A DNA stretch of 64,000 nucleotides from an uncultured Actinomyces sp. Lineage in GTDB: Bacteria > Actinomycetota > Actinomycetes > Actinomycetales > Actinomycetaceae. Positions within the stretch are counted from its first letter, which is position 1. Each line of letters opens with the position of its first letter. Where the stretch lies: assembly GCF_963526355.1 (NCBI RefSeq), contig NZ_CAUROW010000008.1, positions 4,959-68,958 on the forward strand, written 5' to 3'. This document shows positions 1 through 10,806 of the stretch, piece by piece. The position numbers and the translations under genes are program-made. Below the pieces are notes generated by a model. That model was not told the origin of the DNA and searched no databases. It saw only the letters and a list, made by a program, of their open reading frames with translations.

Positions 1-1
1 C

Positions 2-763
2 TCCCGCTTCGGCGACGACGACCCGGCCTGGCGCGTCCGCTCGGCCAAGACCCTCGCCACGATCCTCCACACCCACCGCGGAACCCCTTATGTCTACCAG
101 GGTGAGGAGCTCGGCATGGCCAACACGGTCTTCCGTGGCATCGAGGACTACCGGGACCTGGAGTCCGTCAACCACTTCCACGAGCGCGTGCGCGCCGGCG
201 ATGACCCGGCCGCCGTCCTGGCCGGCCTGGCGCCCGTCTCCCGGGACAACGCCCGCACCCCCGTCCACTGGGACAGCAGCGAGAAGGCCGGGTTCACCAC
301 CGGCGAGCCCTGGATCGCCCTGGCCCCCGACCACGGCACCGTCAACGCCGCCGCCCAGGCGGGAGTGCCCGGCAGCGTCTTCGAGCACTACCGCTCCCTC
401 ATCGCCCTGCGCCACGACGATGACGCCCTCGCCCTGGGCACCTTCCGGCTCCTGGCGGCCGACCACCCCACCGCCTGGGTCATCCTGCGTCAGTGGCGGT
501 CCCCGGAGCCGGATGAAACGGGTGAGAACCGCGTCGAGCAGCTCCTGCTCATCGCTCAGTGCGCTCGCCAGGACCTGCCCCTGACCGGTGAGGGCGGCCT
601 GATGGCCGCGCTTGAGGCCGAGGGGCTGCAGGCGCGGCGGTGGGCCGAGGCCGAGCAGGTCCTGCGAGCCGGCGACCCGGACGTCCAGCCCGGCTCCGTG
701 CACGCGGGGCTGCCCGCGGTCCTGGCCGGCTGGGACTCGGTGCTGCTGCGCCGTCGGGCCTGA
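2..763 (+). CDS. GH13 alpha-glucosidase/oligo-1,6-glucosidase, C-terminal part (5' end outside window)
   Basis: Frame is open from position 2: SRFGDD..SAKTLAT..RGTPYVYQGEELGMAN..SRDNARTPVHW..AGFTTGEPW, typical of GH13 oligo-1,6-glucosidases. Confidence 0.9.
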   Translation, partial: SRFGDDDPAWRVRSAKTLATILHTHRGTPYVYQGEELGMANTVFRGIEDYRDLESVNHFHERVRAGDDPAAVLAGLAPVSRDNARTPVHWDSSEKAGFTTGEPWIALAPDHGTVNAAAQAGVPGSVFEHYRSLIALRHDDDALALGTFRLLAADHPTAWVILRQWRSPEPDETGENRVEQLLLIAQCARQDLPLTGEGGLMAALEAEGLQARRWAEAEQVLRAGDPDVQPGSVHAGLPAVLAGWDSVLLRRRA

Positions 764-876
764 GCGGGTGGGTGCTCGCCGCGCCAGCCCGAGGGTCTCG
801 TCACTGGAATAGTGCCGGCCAGCCGATCGTTGGTCTCGGTGGACAAACCCGTGGATATCGGAAGTAGGAGAGCACC

Positions 877-1524
877 ATGGAGTTCAGCCAGGTCGTCGCC
901 AATCGTCACTCGGTGCGAGACTTCACCGACCAGCCCGTCTCCCGGGAGGACCTGGTCGACGTCGTCCGCACCGCCCAGCAGGCGCCGTCGTGGGTGAATT
1001 CCCAGCCCTGGCGGGTCTACGCCGCCACCGGCCGGACCCTGGAGGAGATCAAGAAGCGCCATGCCGCAGACGTCGCCGCCGGCAGGAAGGGAGGCTCCGA
1101 CCTTCCGGTGAAGCCTCGTACCGAGTGGTCTCCGACCACCCAGGAGAACATGGCCGCGCTCGGCGAGCAGATCGGTGCCCAGCTGGGCGAGGGCGTCCAG
1201 GAGTTCCAGGCATCGCAGGGACGGTTGTTCAACGCTCAGGCGGTCCTGTACGTGACGATCCCGGTCGACTCCACTCCGTGGTCCTTCCACGACCTCGGGG
1301 CCTTCTCCGCCATGCTCGTCCTAGCGGCTGCCGACAAGGGCCTTGGCGCCATCAACGCCTACGCCCTGGTCATGTACCCGGACGAGGTGCGCGAGGCCAT
1401 GGGGATCGGAACCGATGAGATCGTGGCGGTCGGGATCGCGCTGGGCCACCCCGCGGACTCGGCGCTGGCGGCCTTCGCCCCCGACCGCGTCGACGTCGAC
1501 GAGATCCTCACGATCAAGGACTGA
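877..1524 (+). CDS. Nitroreductase family protein
   Basis: RHSVRDF, AQQAPSWVNSQPW, DLGAF, IALGHP motifs; AGGAG RBS. Confidence 0.92.
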   Translation: MEFSQVVANRHSVRDFTDQPVSREDLVDVVRTAQQAPSWVNSQPWRVYAATGRTLEEIKKRHAADVAAGRKGGSDLPVKPRTEWSPTTQENMAALGEQIGAQLGEGVQEFQASQGRLFNAQAVLYVTIPVDSTPWSFHDLGAFSAMLVLAAADKGLGAINAYALVMYPDEVREAMGIGTDEIVAVGIALGHPADSALAAFAPDRVDVDEILTIKD

Positions 1525-1765
1525 GCGCAGAGGGCTGCCTCCGCCGTCGGCCCAGGAGGAGGATGAGGCCGGCGGCGACGGCTGCGTCGGTGAGCAGGAT
1601 CGCCGCGTTGAGCCACGAGATCTCGAAGTCGGGCCGGTTCTCGCTCCGGAGCCGGCCGATGAACAGGCCCAGCGCGTTTCCGCTGACGCGTAGGCCCAGC
1701 GCGAAGAACACCGACCGCAGCCGCACCACCGACCAGCAGGGCGACGGCGACAAGGGTGCCACCTT
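1514..1765 (-). pseudogene. Possible frameshifted remnant of a small membrane-protein gene
   Basis: Two hydrophobic coding-like segments in different frames (LVAVALLVGGAAAVG and FFALGLRVSG..WLNAAILLTDAAVAAGLILLLGRRRR); no clean start. Confidence 0.3.
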
Positions 1766-1962
1766 CTCAGACAGCGGGCCGTCCGGTCTCGAAGGTCTAG
1801 GCGTCGGCCGTGGAGGGCCGTCACGCGTGGCGGGGCGGCGCGGTGTCGTGGAGACGATCCATCGTGATTCCGATGGAGACGTGGCTGCCGGCTGTGATCC
1901 GCGCAGAGGTGTCCGTTCAATCGGAAGGACTGATGACCCTGCCATGTGGCAGGAGGCTTCGA

Positions 1963-3273
1963 CTACCGCATCCCCGAGCCCCGCAGCCGGGAGACCGCGG
2001 ATTGCCGCCAGGCGGGGGAGGTCAGCAGCATGACCGTCAGGACGACGGCGATCAGTGCTGTCAGCGTCCAGGCTCCGGCACGGGCCAGCTCCCAGGTGAA
2101 GACGATCCCGAAGACGGGGGCCTTCTGGGTCGTGGCGAGCACCGCGCCCGCGCCCGCCATCGCCAGCACCGAGATGCTGGCCTCCACCCCGCCGGCCTGA
2201 AGCGCGATCGCCAGCGCGGCTCCCGCGCTCGATCCCACAGCCAGGGAGGGGGCCAGGCGTCCCCCGGTGGCACCGGCCCCGAGCGTGAGCCCGGTGAGAA
2301 TCGGCTTGAGGGCCACGATGCCCAGCAGCACGACCAGGACCGCACTCGAGGCGCCGCTCGAGTCTTCCGGAACGTGGGCGCCCAGGGCCACCTCCATGGC
2401 GTCGCGGCCATTGCCGATGACGGCCGGAACCCACAGACTCACCAACCCGGTTGCCAGTCCCGCCACCCCGATCGCCACTGGCAGCCACCGTACGGTGCGC
2501 ACCCGACGTGCCAGCATCCACGACCACAGTCGCCTGGCGCCCACTCCCAGCGCAGCGGCGACGGGCACGAGCAGAACCAGTCCGAGGGCGGTCCCCGACG
2601 ACAGTCTTTGCGAGGCGACCTCGAAGGTGGGACGCCCGTGGGAGTGCAACCAGGAGACGAGCGTGGCGATGAGGCACACCGGGACCGCCACGAGGGCACC
2701 GCGCCGTCGCATCCCGGACACCATGATGAGCTCGACGGCGTAGGCCGCCCCTCCCAACGGCGCGTTGTACATGGCTGCCAGTCCCGCCCCTGCGGCGGAG
2801 GCGATGAGGATCGCGCCTTCGGTCCTGCCGATCCCCAGGAGGGTGGTGAGCCTGGCCGCCACCGCCCCTGCGGCCAGGCGCGGCGCGCCCTCGCGGCCCA
2901 CCGAGTTGCCCGAGCCAACCGTGAGGACCTGGGTGAGGGCGTCGAGGAAGGGACGCGCCAGCCCCATCCGGGGAGCCGCTTCGCCGCTGCGATCCGCCAC
3001 CGTGGTCTCCACGTCGGCCACTCCGCCGGTCGCGCGCAGCCACCACCACATGCCACCGGCGATAAGACCGCCCATGGCCGGGGCGAGCGCGCGCCGCCAG
3101 GGTGGGGCGACGGCCAGCCGCTCCAGGAGCCCACCGTGGGTGACGCCGTAGAACCGCGCCTCGAAGAGCTCCAGGAGCAGCGCCATCGCGATCCCGATGA
3201 GACCCGCGGCCACGCCCGCCACGGTGGCAGCCAGAAGGAACCGGGGTCGGGTCAGCGCGCGCACGCCAGGCAC
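1963..3273 (-). CDS. ClC-family chloride channel/transporter (no CBS domains)
   Basis: GNSVGREGAP, AGLAAMYNAPLGG, GATGGRLAPSL motifs; multiple TM helices. Confidence 0.9.
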   Translation of the reverse strand: MPGVRALTRPRFLLAATVAGVAAGLIGIAMALLLELFEARFYGVTHGGLLERLAVAPPWRRALAPAMGGLIAGGMWWWLRATGGVADVETTVADRSGEAAPRMGLARPFLDALTQVLTVGSGNSVGREGAPRLAAGAVAARLTTLLGIGRTEGAILIASAAGAGLAAMYNAPLGGAAYAVELIMVSGMRRRGALVAVPVCLIATLVSWLHSHGRPTFEVASQRLSSGTALGLVLLVPVAAALGVGARRLWSWMLARRVRTVRWLPVAIGVAGLATGLVSLWVPAVIGNGRDAMEVALGAHVPEDSSGASSAVLVVLLGIVALKPILTGLTLGAGATGGRLAPSLAVGSSAGAALAIALQAGGVEASISVLAMAGAGAVLATTQKAPVFGIVFTWELARAGAWTLTALIAVVLTVMLLTSPAWRQSAVSRLRGSGMR

Positions 3274-3307
3274 GATACCCGGACCCGCGGCTCCCGGGGC
3301 CGGCGGG

Positions 3308-5674
3308 TCAGCGAGCCGCGTCGTCGGCCGCCTCGCCGAAGTCGGGGACGTCCTCGAGCGCCAGGGTTCCGCTGTTCTGGCTGACCAGGGCCACGGCGGG
3401 GCGCAGGCCCAGCCACCACTGGTGGCGGGGACGACGGTTGTCGCGGTCGAGGTCGTCGTTCATGCGGTCCAAGGGGTGGTTGGAGACCTTACCTCCCACC
3501 AGGCCCACGTAGGAGGCCGTCGGCTCGCCGCGCTTGAGGGCACCGGCCAGCAGCTCCAGGGAGTAGGCGACGAGCTTGGTCGCCATGATCCGGTCGAAGG
3601 CCGTGGGGCTGCCGCCCTGCTGCTGGTGGCCCAGGATCGCCTCGCGCACGTCGTAGAGGTCCTTGCCCTCCTCGGCGAAGATGTGGGCCAGGACGTCGGT
3701 GGTGTAGTTGACGCTGGCGCGCTCGTTGCGGATCACCAGGTAGAGGCTGCGTCCCGAGCGGAAGGACTCCACCATTCGCTCCGAGTCGGCGGCCAGGCCC
3801 GCCAGCGTGATGCCCTCCTCGTTGAGGTAGACCTTCTCCGCGCCGGTGGCCAGACCGGACATCAGGGACAGGTAGCCGCACTTGCGGCCCATGACCTCGG
3901 CGACGAAGCAGCGGTGGGAGGCTGCCGCGGAGAGCTTGATGGAGTCCAGCGCCACCACCGCGTTGTTGAGGGCCGTGTCGGTGCCGATGCTCAGCTCGGA
4001 GCCGGGCAGGTTGTTGTCGATGGAGGCAGGCACGCACACGATCGGGATCTGGAAGGCGGGGTAGCGGTCCCGCTCGGTGACCAGGCGGAAGGCGCTCAGG
4101 TAGGCGTTGTAGCCGCCGATGACCAGCAGGGCGTCGATCTCATGGAGCTCGATGGCCCGCCCCAGGGCGTAGAGCTGCTCGATGGTGGGCACCTCGCGGC
4201 GCGTGCCCAGCTGGGCGCCGCCGTCACCGACCCAGCCCTCGACGTCGGCCCAGGTCAGCTCGTGCACGTCGCCGTCGAGCAGGCCGGGGAAGCCCCCGTG
4301 GACTCCCAGCATCGTGAAGTCGTGGTCGAGGCCCAGACGCACGGCCGCGCGCGCCGCCGTGTTCATCCCCGGGGCCAGGCCGCCGGCGTGGATGATGGCG
4401 ACCCGCTTGGGGCGAGCGGTGGACGACGGCGTCGATCCAGCATCGGCGGCGGGCTCGGCGGGAGGCGTGGACATGGTCTCGAACAGTTCGAGCATGTTGC
4501 CGAAACTGGCACCGCGGGCCTGGATCGCCCCGAGGTAGTCATGGGCGGCCACGAGGTCCTTGACGGCACGGGTGGCCGCGATCTGATCCATCATCGGCAG
4601 GCGGCGGATGCGGTTGTGGCGCTCGGCGATGATGACTGGCTCGCTGCCCGGCTCCATGGACACCACCTCGCGGGCGGCGGCGCAGCCCAGCAGCGTGGAC
4701 ATCCAGCGGTCGTAGGCGCTGGGGCGGCCACCGCGCTGGACGTGACCCAGGATGGTGACGCGGGCGGCCTCGCCCAGCTTGTCGGCGATGACCTGGCGGA
4801 CGTCGTCGGCGGTGATGCGGTTGCCCTCGCGGTCGGTGGCGCCCTCGGCGACGATCACCATGGACTCACGGCGTCCGGCCTCCCGGCCCGCCTTGAGCTT
4901 GGAGCACATGTCCTCCTCCCAGTCCTTGCCCGGGGGGAGCTCGGGGACCAGGACGTAGTCACAGCCCCCGGCCACGGCCGCCATGAGGGCCAGGTAGCCG
5001 CAGTGGCGGCCCATGACCTCCACGACGAAGGTGCGCTGGTGGGAGGCGGCCGTTGAGGAGATGTCGTCGATGGCCTCCAGGATGCGGTGGAGGGCCGAGT
5101 CGGTGCCGATGGTCATGTCGGCGCCCACCAGGTCGTTGTCGATGCTGCCCACCAGGCCGGTCACCATGAGGACGGGATGGGCGGCGGCCGTCTCCGCGCT
5201 GATGTCACCGGCCGCGACGAGCTCCTCGAGCAGGGAGGGCCAGTTCGTGCGGAACTCGTTGGTGCCGGTCAGGGACCCGTCGCCGCCGATGACCACGAGC
5301 CGGTCGATACCGTGCTCCAGGAGATTGCGGGCGGCCGTCAGCTGGCCGGCGCGCTCGCGGAACTCGGCTGAGCGGGCGGTGCCGATGATGGTGCCGCCGC
5401 GCTGAAGGATGGAGCCCACCGAGTCCCACTCCAGGGGGCGGATCCCGTCACCACCGGCCACAGCCCCGGCCCAGCCCTCCATGACCGCGTAGGGCCTGGC
5501 CCCCAGGCGGATGGCGGTGCGCACCACGGCCCGTACGGCCGCGTTCATGCCCTGGGCGTCACCGCCGGAGGTGAGGATTCCGATGCGCAGGGGCTCGCCG
5601 TCCAGGCCGAGCAGCGGGCCGGCCGACGAGTCGGTGGGGGAGAGGGCGGTATCTGAGGACATGGCGGCTGGCAT
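3308..5674 (-). CDS. pfkA: ATP-dependent 6-phosphofructokinase, eukaryote-type (two tandem PFK halves)
   Basis: N-half TSGGDAQGMNAAVRAVVR, GGDGSLTG, GSIDND, EVMGRHCG, LGHVQRGG; C-half GGLAPGMN, ASIDNN, EVMGRKCG, LGHQQQGG; 788 aa; AAGGA RBS. Confidence 0.95.
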   Translation of the reverse strand: MPAAMSSDTALSPTDSSAGPLLGLDGEPLRIGILTSGGDAQGMNAAVRAVVRTAIRLGARPYAVMEGWAGAVAGGDGIRPLEWDSVGSILQRGGTIIGTARSAEFRERAGQLTAARNLLEHGIDRLVVIGGDGSLTGTNEFRTNWPSLLEELVAAGDISAETAAAHPVLMVTGLVGSIDNDLVGADMTIGTDSALHRILEAIDDISSTAASHQRTFVVEVMGRHCGYLALMAAVAGGCDYVLVPELPPGKDWEEDMCSKLKAGREAGRRESMVIVAEGATDREGNRITADDVRQVIADKLGEAARVTILGHVQRGGRPSAYDRWMSTLLGCAAAREVVSMEPGSEPVIIAERHNRIRRLPMMDQIAATRAVKDLVAAHDYLGAIQARGASFGNMLELFETMSTPPAEPAADAGSTPSSTARPKRVAIIHAGGLAPGMNTAARAAVRLGLDHDFTMLGVHGGFPGLLDGDVHELTWADVEGWVGDGGAQLGTRREVPTIEQLYALGRAIELHEIDALLVIGGYNAYLSAFRLVTERDRYPAFQIPIVCVPASIDNNLPGSELSIGTDTALNNAVVALDSIKLSAAASHRCFVAEVMGRKCGYLSLMSGLATGAEKVYLNEEGITLAGLAADSERMVESFRSGRSLYLVIRNERASVNYTTDVLAHIFAEEGKDLYDVREAILGHQQQGGSPTAFDRIMATKLVAYSLELLAGALKRGEPTASYVGLVGGKVSNHPLDRMNDDLDRDNRRPRHQWWLGLRPAVALVSQNSGTLALEDVPDFGEAADDAAR

Positions 5675-5905
5675 GTGGGGTCCTTCCCTGAGATCACCGG
5701 TGGGCCTGGCTCCCGGCGTCGGCCGGGAGGACGTCAGCCCTTATTGTTGCTGGTGAGCGCCGCCACGTCATCCGCCTGTGGTCCCAGGAGCGTTTCCTTG
5801 CCGCGGTATCCACGTATTCGTCGGTCTCTGGTGATCCTCTAGATGAGGGGAGCGATGTGTCCCCCTGCTTTGGGAGCAGGGGGCAGCAATTCCGCGACCA
5901 GGGAG

Positions 5906-6046
5906 CTACCCGTCTCGGCCGGCGTGGAACCTGTGGGCCTCGGCGTCGAGGGCGCGCTTGCGTCGTCGGCCCCACCGCCTGCCGCTCCAGAGACCGAGCA
6001 GCACCATGGCGCCGACCAGTGCGCTCGTTGCCGTCAGTGCGGGCAT
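5906..6046 (-). CDS. Putative 46-aa single-pass membrane peptide
   Basis: ATG preceded by AAGGGAG; MPALTATSALVGAMVLLGLWSGRRWGRRRKRALDAEAHRFHAGRDG (hydrophobic segment followed by basic tail); shorter than any ORF in the supplied track. Confidence 0.45.
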   Translation of the reverse strand: MPALTATSALVGAMVLLGLWSGRRWGRRRKRALDAEAHRFHAGRDG

Positions 6047-6286
6047 GACCGTCTCCCTTATTTCGAGCCCCTCCCCGTGTCAATCCATGATAATTCGCGT
6101 TGTGGCGCGCAGCGCAGGATTGGGAACGTACTTCGTGATCGGGAACTGCGATCTCCCGCAGACGACTGGGGGCCGCCCTCAGTCATCCGGAGGAAAACGC
6201 AGTTCTCGTAGGGAAAGTACGTTCTCGACGGCGCTCGTGGGTGAAGGCCTCGTGCTGCGATCCAGTGGCAGTTCAATCGGGGTCTC

Positions 6287-7057
6287 TTACATGAGCGCCC
6301 TGGTGAGTGCCGCCGCGTTGGTCCTCAGATAGTGGACGTCACGTAGATAGACGGTGTCGTGGCCGTCGTCGAGGTGGGACTGGAACGCCGTGTCGCCCTG
6401 CGCCGCCTGCGACCGCATGTAGCTGACGAGATCAAGCAGCCGTCGGCACGCGGTCTCAACGACCTGAGTCCGATTCACCTCCCCGTACTTGTCGCAGAAC
6501 AGCCGAGCCCGCCGAACCTGCTCGGCCAGAGAACCGAAACCGACCGTGTTTCCTGGTGCGGTCAGTGGGGCGAAACGATAGATCGCGTAGGCGACGTCGC
6601 GGATGCGAGGGCCCGGGTGCGCGGTGTCGAAGTCGATGATTCCAACCAGCCCGCTCCCGTCGAACACGCAGTTGTACGGCGCGAAGTCCCCGTGGCAGAT
6701 AACCTCGTAGGGCTCAACTGCCTCCAGCATCCAGCCGTCCACCACCTCGGTCGCCAGGTCACTGGTCACCTCGTGCAGTGAGCGCAGCGCTCGGGCCGCT
6801 GAGATGAGTGCCTCGTCGCTGCGCAGTGCTGCAGGCAGTGGGTAGCTGCCGGCCCGACCCTCCATGAACTCGAGGACCTGCCGGTCGTCGTCGGACAGGC
6901 CCAGGAAACGTGGGGAGTACCTGAACCCCCTGCGCTCCAGCACGGTGAGCAGCCACTCGACATTGGTGCTGCCCTGGCGCCGACTGCGAAGGACTCTGCC
7001 ACCCACCTTGGTGATCTCGGTCGAGCCGCCCTGAAGGTCCTCGGGAATCTCGCTCAT
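6287..7057 (-). CDS. APH/choline-kinase-like phosphotransferase (trifolitoxin-immunity TfxG-like)
   Basis: LQGG..., PRFLG, ICHGDFAPYNCVF, GIIDFD motifs; start taken at MSEIPED (alternative 7081). Confidence 0.8.
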   Translation of the reverse strand: MSEIPEDLQGGSTEITKVGGRVLRSRRQGSTNVEWLLTVLERRGFRYSPRFLGLSDDDRQVLEFMEGRAGSYPLPAALRSDEALISAARALRSLHEVTSDLATEVVDGWMLEAVEPYEVICHGDFAPYNCVFDGSGLVGIIDFDTAHPGPRIRDVAYAIYRFAPLTAPGNTVGFGSLAEQVRRARLFCDKYGEVNRTQVVETACRRLLDLVSYMRSQAAQGDTAFQSHLDDGHDTVYLRDVHYLRTNAAALTRALM

Positions 7058-7365
7058 GACACTTTCCCCATCTCTCATCATCCTACGTGGGCGGACGGCG
7101 CGAGTGGTCGACGACGGCTACGAGAAGGGCCGGATCAGGCGACCGATCAAGCAGTGAACCTGTCAATGGCTGAGCCGTGACGAAGGATCCGCCCGCACGC
7201 CCCGCCGTGAGACGAGGCGACCACGTTGTGTGAGACGCCGCCGCCTCCCGCCCGTGTCCGACCTCCCCGAGCGGTACCGGGACGTTAGGCTCAACACCGG
7301 CGCCCACCCGGCCGACGTCGGTCCGCGCCCACAAGCCATCCACATGCCCCGAGAGGATCAGCTGC

Positions 7366-8571
7366 ATGGATCTCTACGAATACCAGGCCAGGAACCTGTT
7401 CCGCCGGCACGGCGTCCCCGTGCTCGACGGCGCCGTGGCCACGACCCCCGAGGAGGCGCGCAGCGCCGCGCAGTCCCTCCTCGATGCGGGCAGTGAGCTG
7501 GTCGTCGTCAAGGCCCAGGTCAAGACCGGCGGCCGCGGCAAGGCCGGCGGCGTCAAGCTCGCCCGTACCGCCGAGGAGGCCGAGGCCCGCGCCCGCGACA
7601 TCCTGGGCATGGACATCAAGGGCCACACGGTGCGCGCCGTCCTCATCTCCGACGGCGTCGACATCGATGCCGAGTACTACTTCTCCATCCTCCTGGACCG
7701 CGCCGAGCGCCAGTACCTGGCCATGTGCTCGCGCGAGGGCGGCATGGACATCGAGACCCTCGCCGCCGAACGCCCCGAGGCCCTGGCCCGCGTCGGCATC
7801 GACCCACTCGAGGGCATCACCCCCGCCGTCGCCCACCGGATCGTCGGGGCCGCAGGCTTCGAGGCCGGCCCCCTGGCCGACGAGGTCGCCGCCGTCATCG
7901 AACGCCTCTGGGAGGTCTTCACCGCCGAGGACGCCACCCTCGTGGAGGTCAACCCCCTGGTCAAGGCCGCCGACGGCCGCATCATCGCCCTGGACGGCAA
8001 GGTCAGCCTCGATGACAACTCCCGCTTCCGCCACCCCGCCCACGCCGAGCTCGTCGACGACGCCGCCACCGACCCCCTGGAGGCCCGCGCCCGCGAGGCC
8101 GGTCTCAACTACGTGCGCCTCGAGGGCGAGGTCGGGGTCCTGGGCAACGGTGCCGGCCTGGTCATGTCCACCCTCGATGTCGTCGCCGGGGCCGGCGAGC
8201 GTCACGGCGGCATGAAGCCCGCCAACTTCCTCGACCTGGGAGGCGGGTCATCGGCCGAGGTCATGGCCACCGGCCTGGAGGTCGTCGCCTCCGACCCCCA
8301 GGTGCGCGCCATCCTCGTCAACGTCTTCGGCGGCATCACCTCCTGCGACACCGTCGCCCGGGGCATCGTGGCCGCCGTTGAGTCCCTGGGCGGGCTGCCC
8401 AAGCCCGTCGTCGTGCGCCTGGACGGCAACAACGCCGAGACCGGCCGCGCCATCCTGTCCGACGCCGCCATCGACGGCGTCACCGTCGTCGACACCATGG
8501 ACGGGGCCGCCGACGTCGTCACCGCCATCGCCGAGCAGATCAGCGGCCGGCCCGCTGCCAAGGAGGCCTGA
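7366..8571 (+). CDS. sucC: Succinyl-CoA synthetase beta subunit
   Basis: [44 protein letters not shown]. Confidence 0.98.
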   Translation: MDLYEYQARNLFRRHGVPVLDGAVATTPEEARSAAQSLLDAGSELVVVKAQVKTGGRGKAGGVKLARTAEEAEARARDILGMDIKGHTVRAVLISDGVDIDAEYYFSILLDRAERQYLAMCSREGGMDIETLAAERPEALARVGIDPLEGITPAVAHRIVGAAGFEAGPLADEVAAVIERLWEVFTAEDATLVEVNPLVKAADGRIIALDGKVSLDDNSRFRHPAHAELVDDAATDPLEARAREAGLNYVRLEGEVGVLGNGAGLVMSTLDVVAGAGERHGGMKPANFLDLGGGSSAEVMATGLEVVASDPQVRAILVNVFGGITSCDTVARGIVAAVESLGGLPKPVVVRLDGNNAETGRAILSDAAIDGVTVVDTMDGAADVVTAIAEQISGRPAAKEA

Positions 8572-8574
8572 GAC

Positions 8575-9516
8575 ATGAGCATCTTCCTGACTGAGACTGA
8601 CCGCGTCATCGTCCAGGGCATGACCGGCTCCGAGGGCCGCAAGCACACCGCCCGCATGCTCTCGGCGGGCACGAAGGTCGTCGCCGGCGTCAACCCCCGC
8701 AAGGCCGGCACCACCGTCGCCTTCGACGTCGCCCCCATCGGCCCCGGCGCCGGCGAGGTTCAGGCCGGAACCGTCGAGGTCCCCGTCCACGGCACCGTCG
8801 CCGAGGCCAAGGAGGCCACCGGCGCCGAGGTGAGCGTCGTCTTCGTCCCGCCCGCCTTCGCCAAGGTAGCCGTCGTCGAGGCGGTCGACGCCGGCGTGCG
8901 CCTCGTCGTCGTCATCACCGAGGGCATCCCGGTGGCCGACGCCACCTGGATGCGCGCCTACGCCGCCGAGCACGGCGTCCAGATCATCGGCCCCAACTGC
9001 CCGGGCATCATCTCCCCGGCCCGCTCCAACGTGGGCATCACTCCGCCCGACATCACCGGCCCCGGCCCCCTGGGACTGGTCTCCAAGTCCGGAACCCTGA
9101 CCTACCAGCTCATGCATGAGCTCTCCGACCTGGGCTTCACCACCTGCATCGGCATCGGCGGGGACCCGGTGGTCGGCACCACCCACATCGACGCCCTGGC
9201 CGCCTTCGAGGCCGACCCCGACACCCGCCTGGTCATCATGATCGGTGAGATCGGGGGCGATGCCGAGGAGCGCGCCGCCGTCTACATCCGCGAGCACATG
9301 ACTAAGCCCGTCGTCGCCTATGTCGCCGGCTTCACCGCCCCCGAGGGGCGCACCATGGGCCACGCCGGGGCCATCGTCTCCGGCTCGTCGGGCACCGCCG
9401 AGGCCAAGAGGATCGCGCTGGAGGCCGCCGGCGTCCGAGTGGGGCGCACCCCCAGTCAGACCGCTGAGATCGCTCGCGAGCTCTACCGCGCCCTGGCCGG
9501 TGAGGTGAGCGCTTGA
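8575..9516 (+). CDS. sucD: Succinyl-CoA synthetase alpha subunit
   Basis: [27 protein letters not shown] (phospho-His); directly follows sucC. Confidence 0.98.
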   Translation: MSIFLTETDRVIVQGMTGSEGRKHTARMLSAGTKVVAGVNPRKAGTTVAFDVAPIGPGAGEVQAGTVEVPVHGTVAEAKEATGAEVSVVFVPPAFAKVAVVEAVDAGVRLVVVITEGIPVADATWMRAYAAEHGVQIIGPNCPGIISPARSNVGITPPDITGPGPLGLVSKSGTLTYQLMHELSDLGFTTCIGIGGDPVVGTTHIDALAAFEADPDTRLVIMIGEIGGDAEERAAVYIREHMTKPVVAYVAGFTAPEGRTMGHAGAIVSGSSGTAEAKRIALEAAGVRVGRTPSQTAEIARELYRALAGEVSA

Positions 9517-10751
9517 GCCTGGTGCGGTCGCGAGCCGCCACCCTGACGTCCTGGGCCCTGTGGTCCCTGCGTGTGGGCATCGAGTCGATCGGCCTGCTCT
9601 GGCTGGTGGTGGTGCTGTTGACGGTTGCGGTGTCCATGGCGACATCCAGTCTCAGTGCCGCCACCGCCTTGAGCGCCGGCGAGGCCCTGAGCGTCGGGAC
9701 GGCACTGTGGAGCCTCGGCTTCGGGGGGACGCTCGCCTCCTCTTCCGCCGACCAGGGTGCTCTCAGCCTGCCGCTGCTGGGACTGACCCTGGCGCAGGTG
9801 GGCTGGACCTGGAGCTGCGTACGACGCGCCCGCCCCACCCGCCCGGCGGCCGGGGCGGCCATCGTGGTTTCCGCTGCGGCCATCTCCGCCTTGGCCTGTC
9901 TGGCAGGCCCCAAGGGGCTGGGAATCTGGCCTGCGGTCGGCGGCATCGCCGTCATCACGAGCGCCGTTGTCGGCATCCAGCTTCAGCGCGCCGGCAACGG
10001 CTGGCCCGCACTGACCCGCTGGTGGAACCGTTGCCCCCACTGGGCGGGGCCGGCTCTGACGCTAGCCCACGGTACCGCCCGTGTCCTGGCCCTGCTGAGC
10101 CTCATGGTGGTGGTCGTCGCCGTCTTCATGGGAGCCGGACGGGTCTCGGTCCTACACGATGCCCTGGCCGGCGGCGGATTCATCGCGGTGGCCGGCCTGG
10201 TCCTGCTTCAGGTCGCCTGGGCACCGACCCTGCTCATCTGGGCCTGCGCCTGGCTCATCGGGGCCGGCTTCTCCGTCGGCACCGGGACGGTCTTCGCCCC
10301 GGACCGCGTGGTGGCGGGCCCCGTCCCCGCTCTGCCGCTGCTGGGGCTGTTGCCGACGGCGCCGTTGAGAACGGTGGGCCTGTGGCTCCCGCTCGTGGTG
10401 ACGGTCGGGGCCATGGTGGCCGCCTGGAGGCATCGGGCTGTCCTCAACACCCTTCGGGTCCGTCACGCCGTCAGCGCCGCCGGGGCCGCCGCCCTCCTCG
10501 TGGCCGGCGGTGTGGGGTTGCTGTGTCTGGCCGCCTCCGGTTCTGTGGGACCCGGTCGTATGACCGACGTCGGCCCACAGGTCCTCTATACAGTGATTCT
10601 CGTCTTCGTCGAGGTCGGCGTTGGACTGGCCGCCATGGCGATCCTCGCCCATCCCTACACACGGACCTGGGCCCGGGGCATCCTGCCGGCGGCCTCCCGA
10701 CGTCGAGATACGAACGAGGAAGACGTTGAAGAGCAGGACGGCGGGACGTAG
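9513..10751 (+). CDS. Multi-pass membrane protein (PerM/DUF6350-like)
   Basis: [42 protein letters not shown] motifs; position after sucD typical of actinobacteria. Confidence 0.8.
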   Translation: MSLVRSRAATLTSWALWSLRVGIESIGLLWLVVVLLTVAVSMATSSLSAATALSAGEALSVGTALWSLGFGGTLASSSADQGALSLPLLGLTLAQVGWTWSCVRRARPTRPAAGAAIVVSAAAISALACLAGPKGLGIWPAVGGIAVITSAVVGIQLQRAGNGWPALTRWWNRCPHWAGPALTLAHGTARVLALLSLMVVVVAVFMGAGRVSVLHDALAGGGFIAVAGLVLLQVAWAPTLLIWACAWLIGAGFSVGTGTVFAPDRVVAGPVPALPLLGLLPTAPLRTVGLWLPLVVTVGAMVAAWRHRAVLNTLRVRHAVSAAGAAALLVAGGVGLLCLAASGSVGPGRMTDVGPQVLYTVILVFVEVGVGLAAMAILAHPYTRTWARGILPAASRRRDTNEEDVEEQDGGT

Positions 10752-10806
10752 CCTTCGCCCCTCGAGACCGGACGGTGGACGGCATCAAGGTCCTGCTCGT
10801 CCGGAG

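Noticed and set aside
1963..3273. Fluoride-specific CLC-F exporter or fluoride riboswitch
   Set aside because: Lacks the GNNLI/GREGT/GEVTP CLC-F signatures, and only ~35 bp lie upstream
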